From the NCBI GenBank assembly GCA_964016885.1, contig OZ024743.1:179366001-179430000 (forward strand): DNA of 64,000 nt, read 5' to 3'. The stretch comes from Eledone cirrhosa (Eukaryota). The notes under the pieces were generated by a model. The model was not told the DNA's origin. It made no database searches and saw only the letters and a program-made list of their open reading frames with translations. The position numbers were made by a program, and so were the translations under genes. Below, piece by piece: positions 59,534 to 64,000 of the stretch. Numbering within the stretch: position 1 is the stretch's first letter; every line of letters begins with the position of its first letter.

Positions 59534-59745
59534 ATATATTGTAAATCATGTCCTTAGAATTATTAGATAAAATATATACTATTTCCTCTTCTAATTAGCA
59601 TAATTATATGGTTAATTATGCTAATTAGAAGAGGAAATAGTAGATATTTTATCTAATAATTCTAAGGACATGATTTATAATATATTGCTCTGATTATTTA
59701 ATTTATTATTTCTTCATAGAGCTTAAAAGTGACCGGTTGCAACAT
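59534..59745. repeat. Near-perfect 73-bp-arm hairpin (59534-59606 and 59613-59685) between (TA)n tracts
   Basis: Two mismatches; loop tatggt. Confidence 0.88.
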
Positions 59746-59779
59746 ATATATATATCTATAACTTTATGTATATGTAAAC

Positions 59780-59895
<116 letters not shown>

Positions 59896-60442
59896 GTGCA
59901 TATATATTGTTGTTTATGCCGTTATTGCATCATTTGAATGATAATTGCTTGCAAAATGTGGTTATTACGTATAATAAATTTACTTCAGGTTTCAGGATGA
60001 CACTTCGCAATATATGGGAAAGAAGCAGTATTCAAAAGAAGTCACAAAAAACAACAAAAACCACCACCACAACAACAACAACAATAATAATAATAATAAT
60101 AATAATAATATGCCTAATCAAGAAGAACATCAACACAAATATTGTATTATTGCTATCAACATCTGAAGCTTTTTTCTGTATTCACTGTTTTTCTCGTTTC
60201 AGGTAAGCTTCTTATGTTAAGCGTATTTCGTTGCAGCACAGGTAAGACTGCATTTACTTTATGCTGGAATAATTACCTATAGATGTATATATATATATAT
60301 ATATATAGACCTAAAACCATACATAATATACACTTCGTGTATATACGCATTTTCTCTCCAAAATAACTACACACTTCAACACCACACTTATAAATGTTGC
60401 CTGTACAGGTAATCAAAGTGTGTATACAATGTTTGGGACAAC

Positions 60443-60500
<58 letters not shown>

Positions 60501-60529
60501 GTGTGTGTGTATATATATGTGTGTGTGTG

Positions 60530-60583
<54 letters not shown>

Positions 60584-60584
<1 letters not shown>

Positions 60585-60746
60585 GTTTCATTTGGGAGAA
60601 ATCATCAGGGGCTTCCTGATGATTTCTCCCGAATGAAACAGTTCTAGTCCTGCAGGAGTCGTTCCTATATTATATATTTATACTCTGTTAGGTATTGCGT
60701 ACCTTACTTACTGTGGTTACCCTCGATTGAACCCGGGATAAACTCG
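60584..60746 (+). mobile_element. Short fold-back with hammerhead-like core and tail
   Basis: tgtttcatttgggagaaatcatcagg-ggctt-cCTGATGAtttctcccgaatGAAAca; tail actctgttaggtattgcgtacc. Confidence 0.6.
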
Positions 60747-61029
60747 TATATATATATATATGTTTATATGTATTTATATCTATATGTTTATATATATATA
60801 TATATGCATATCTATGTTTATATATATGCACATCTATGTTTATAGATATGCATATATATACATGTATATGTATATGCGTATATGTATATATATATATATA
60901 TATGTTTACATATATGCATAATATGCATATATACATGTATGTATAAATATGTTTATATATATGCATATCTATGTTTATATATGAACATATACATATATAT
61001 ATGTTTATATGTATGTATATGTATGTGTA

Positions 61030-61074
<45 letters not shown>

Positions 61075-61479
61075 TGTATATATGTTTGAATAAATATGTA
61101 TGTATACACATACGCCTTCGCAGTGTGCATGGATTTATGCAATTACATAAAGCTGATAATTACTTTATTTTCTGTCCAATTACCAACTCACTTCCAACAT
61201 GGCGTTAGGTACAATCTGTATTTTGAAAAGTACTTCATTATCTTGAGAATGTTGTTTTTGGCAAGAAATCATTTCAGGTAAACTGGCACTCCAACAAATA
61301 GTTTCACCATCCCGTCATCACTGCTGTGATAAAGGCCTGAAACTGGTCTTACAGTCATTTGTTCCACACCCAGCACATACAGTATGTTGTGAGAGGGATG
61401 TAATTAGAGAGCTTAAATAAGAAAACAATTTTTAAATTAGTTCATTAACTATTTCCCAGTATTACACGAATCTCATATA

Positions 61480-62097
61480 CAGGGCTGGATATAATGGGAG
61501 GCAAAGGTGGCAATTGCCGTGGGCCCTCCACAGCGGAGCCCCACCAGTGGCAGCCGCAGCAGTTTATTTGTGCCCTTTGCAGGGCTTTTTAGTTTATCCT
61601 TTTGACATCGAGCATGTGACGACCTCTTTAGAACTAGTGCTACGATAAAATATATTCAGTACATCCTGTAAATTTTTAGTGTTGGTGCCTTGATAAAATA
61701 TACCTAGTCAACTGTGTAAGGTGGTTGTGCTGGTATTGAATAAACAATGAACCCAGCAAACACACTAAATTAATTATGTTAGGTAGGAAGGGTATCCAGC
61801 CATAGAAACCATGCCAAATATGTAATGTATGAGTATGATGAGGTCGTTCAGATATGCCAGACCTTGGACTGTGTAAACCCAACCAATACATACCAGTGTG
61901 GAAAGCGCATAAAACGAGGATAGTTAGATTTTTTAAATTTAATACTCGTATGGATAACTTTCCAATTCCAATTACTCGCGCCATGACGACTTTGATATGT
62001 AAAATTGGTGGTTCGCTATTTCTTCTAATTTTCTTGTATTTGAGGGGCACCCAAAATCCGAAGTACCGTGGGCTCTCCAAGGTCTAAATTTGGCCCT
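61480..62097. mobile_element. hAT-like MITE remnant containing an RTE-tail-related fragment (about 61775-61920)
   Basis: Imperfect TIR cagggctggat / atttggccct; subterminal ccgtgggc.ctcca twice; aggaagggtatccagccatagaaa matches 25116-25141. Confidence 0.5.
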
Positions 62098-62177
62098 CTC
62101 CTAAAAGAGGTATCAATTTTTAACTTATTTGATGCCACATAACATATTCACGACACAGACACACACAAGCACACACA

Positions 62178-62311
<134 letters not shown>

Positions 62312-62476
62312 TTTATATATATATATATATATTTCCGTCCCACACAAAGTGGTCTTCCTCACTGATTAACACATATCTGTAGGTTCGTGTTTCAATAATA
62401 CTAATATGATTAAATTATTGAGTGAGTGAGGAACCGACTGAAGCGGTGCTCATTCTATTCAATAAGTTTCGTTCCA

Positions 62477-62619
<143 letters not shown>

Positions 62620-62634
62620 GTATATATATATATG

Positions 62635-62761
<127 letters not shown>

Positions 62762-63737
62762 GTAGATAAATCTACCAAGAGTTTACGGTAGTGTCCAATC
62801 CGTATGAAGAACTCAATGTAATCCGGATATCATGGAAAGAAGAGATGCAATGAAAAATCACTTTCGGTGAAAGATAAACAGAATACAGAGTCAAGATAAA
62901 ATATTAAAAAAAATAATGAATAAAACAATGAAACAGTTCCTTATGTTAAACAAAAAAAGTTCATTATTTAACGATCGTTTCTAGAATATATATGTGTTAG
63001 AATTGGCATGCATATTCAACAGATCTATGTACAAAATTATACAAAATTATACAAACTATCAAAATTAAATATACATACCAACACATATATATGCCGTCTT
63101 CAGAAATAATGAAATATATTTATTGATAATAACAACAATTCAAAATTACAGGTCTGTTTGCGAACAGAGTTCAAATTGACCAATGAAAAGACAAAAAGTT
63201 TATACAGTTAGGTGTGTGTATATATGTAAGTAACTTCGTTCACAGATATGCATAAAAATATATGTTCACATGCATACGCATGCCGAAAAGATGTATGTAA
63301 ATACAAAAATTCAGGGCTAATGTCTCTGTATGTTTATAATCTACAGATAAAATACATATACGCATATAAACATATAAATATAAAAATAAATATATACACA
63401 TTCATATACTCACACATATACATACATTCACACACACACGCGCGTATACGCATAAACATACACACAACCACGAACATACATACACACACACACCCCCACA
63501 CACATATATGTGTATATACTATTATCATAAGCATATGGACATTAATGCGCGCACATAAACACTGCCACACACATTTAGATCCAGATACAGAAAGTAGGTG
63601 GGGGGGGGGGGAAGAGGTCAGTATTTACTGGTGTCAGCAAACTGCCTATTTATAAATGTATCTATAAATTTAGAAATAAAAATAAAAATAAAAAGAAAAA
63701 GAAAAAGAAAAAGAAAAAGAAAAAGAAAAATATTAAG

Positions 63738-63778
<41 letters not shown>

Positions 63779-63804
63779 AAGTAAAATATAAAATATACAT
63801 CGAT

Positions 63805-63869
<65 letters not shown>

Positions 63870-64000
63870 CATATACATACACATATACATAAACACATAC
63901 ATACACATACATATACATACACACACCATATATATACACATACACATACACACACGCATACATATAGAGACACATACATATACACATATAAATACATAGA

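Overview
AT-rich, microsatellite-dense, gene-poor eukaryotic DNA. The SINE/RTE/Penelope repertoire suggests an octopod cephalopod (inference). No host protein-coding exon is convincingly identifiable, and most ORF-track entries are translated (TA)n/(CA)n/(GA)n repeats. Real coding remnants are all mobile: two Neptune-type and one Nematis-type Penelope-like elements (PLEs, GIY-YIG), several RTE-clade LINEs (one with an uninterrupted RT ORF carrying a PHD-like finger, two with twin-priming inversions), a non-autonomous LTR element nested in a LINE, mariner relics, non-autonomous Helitrons and many tRNA-SINEs. The main result is that the short unique islands between (TA)n tracts are not random. 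At least 8 families of small PLE-pLTR-derived elements carry type I hammerhead ribozyme (HHR) motifs, mostly as head-to-head fold-backs with 3' ends pointing into (TA)n and a conserved 3' tail on one arm only. Recurrent core variants (U3:A8 covariation, U4C, long stem II) occur, and one multi-copy family appears to be a hammerhead whose CUGANGA strand was overwritten into a perfect palindrome. All structures were paired by eye; no folding, alignment or database search was run.
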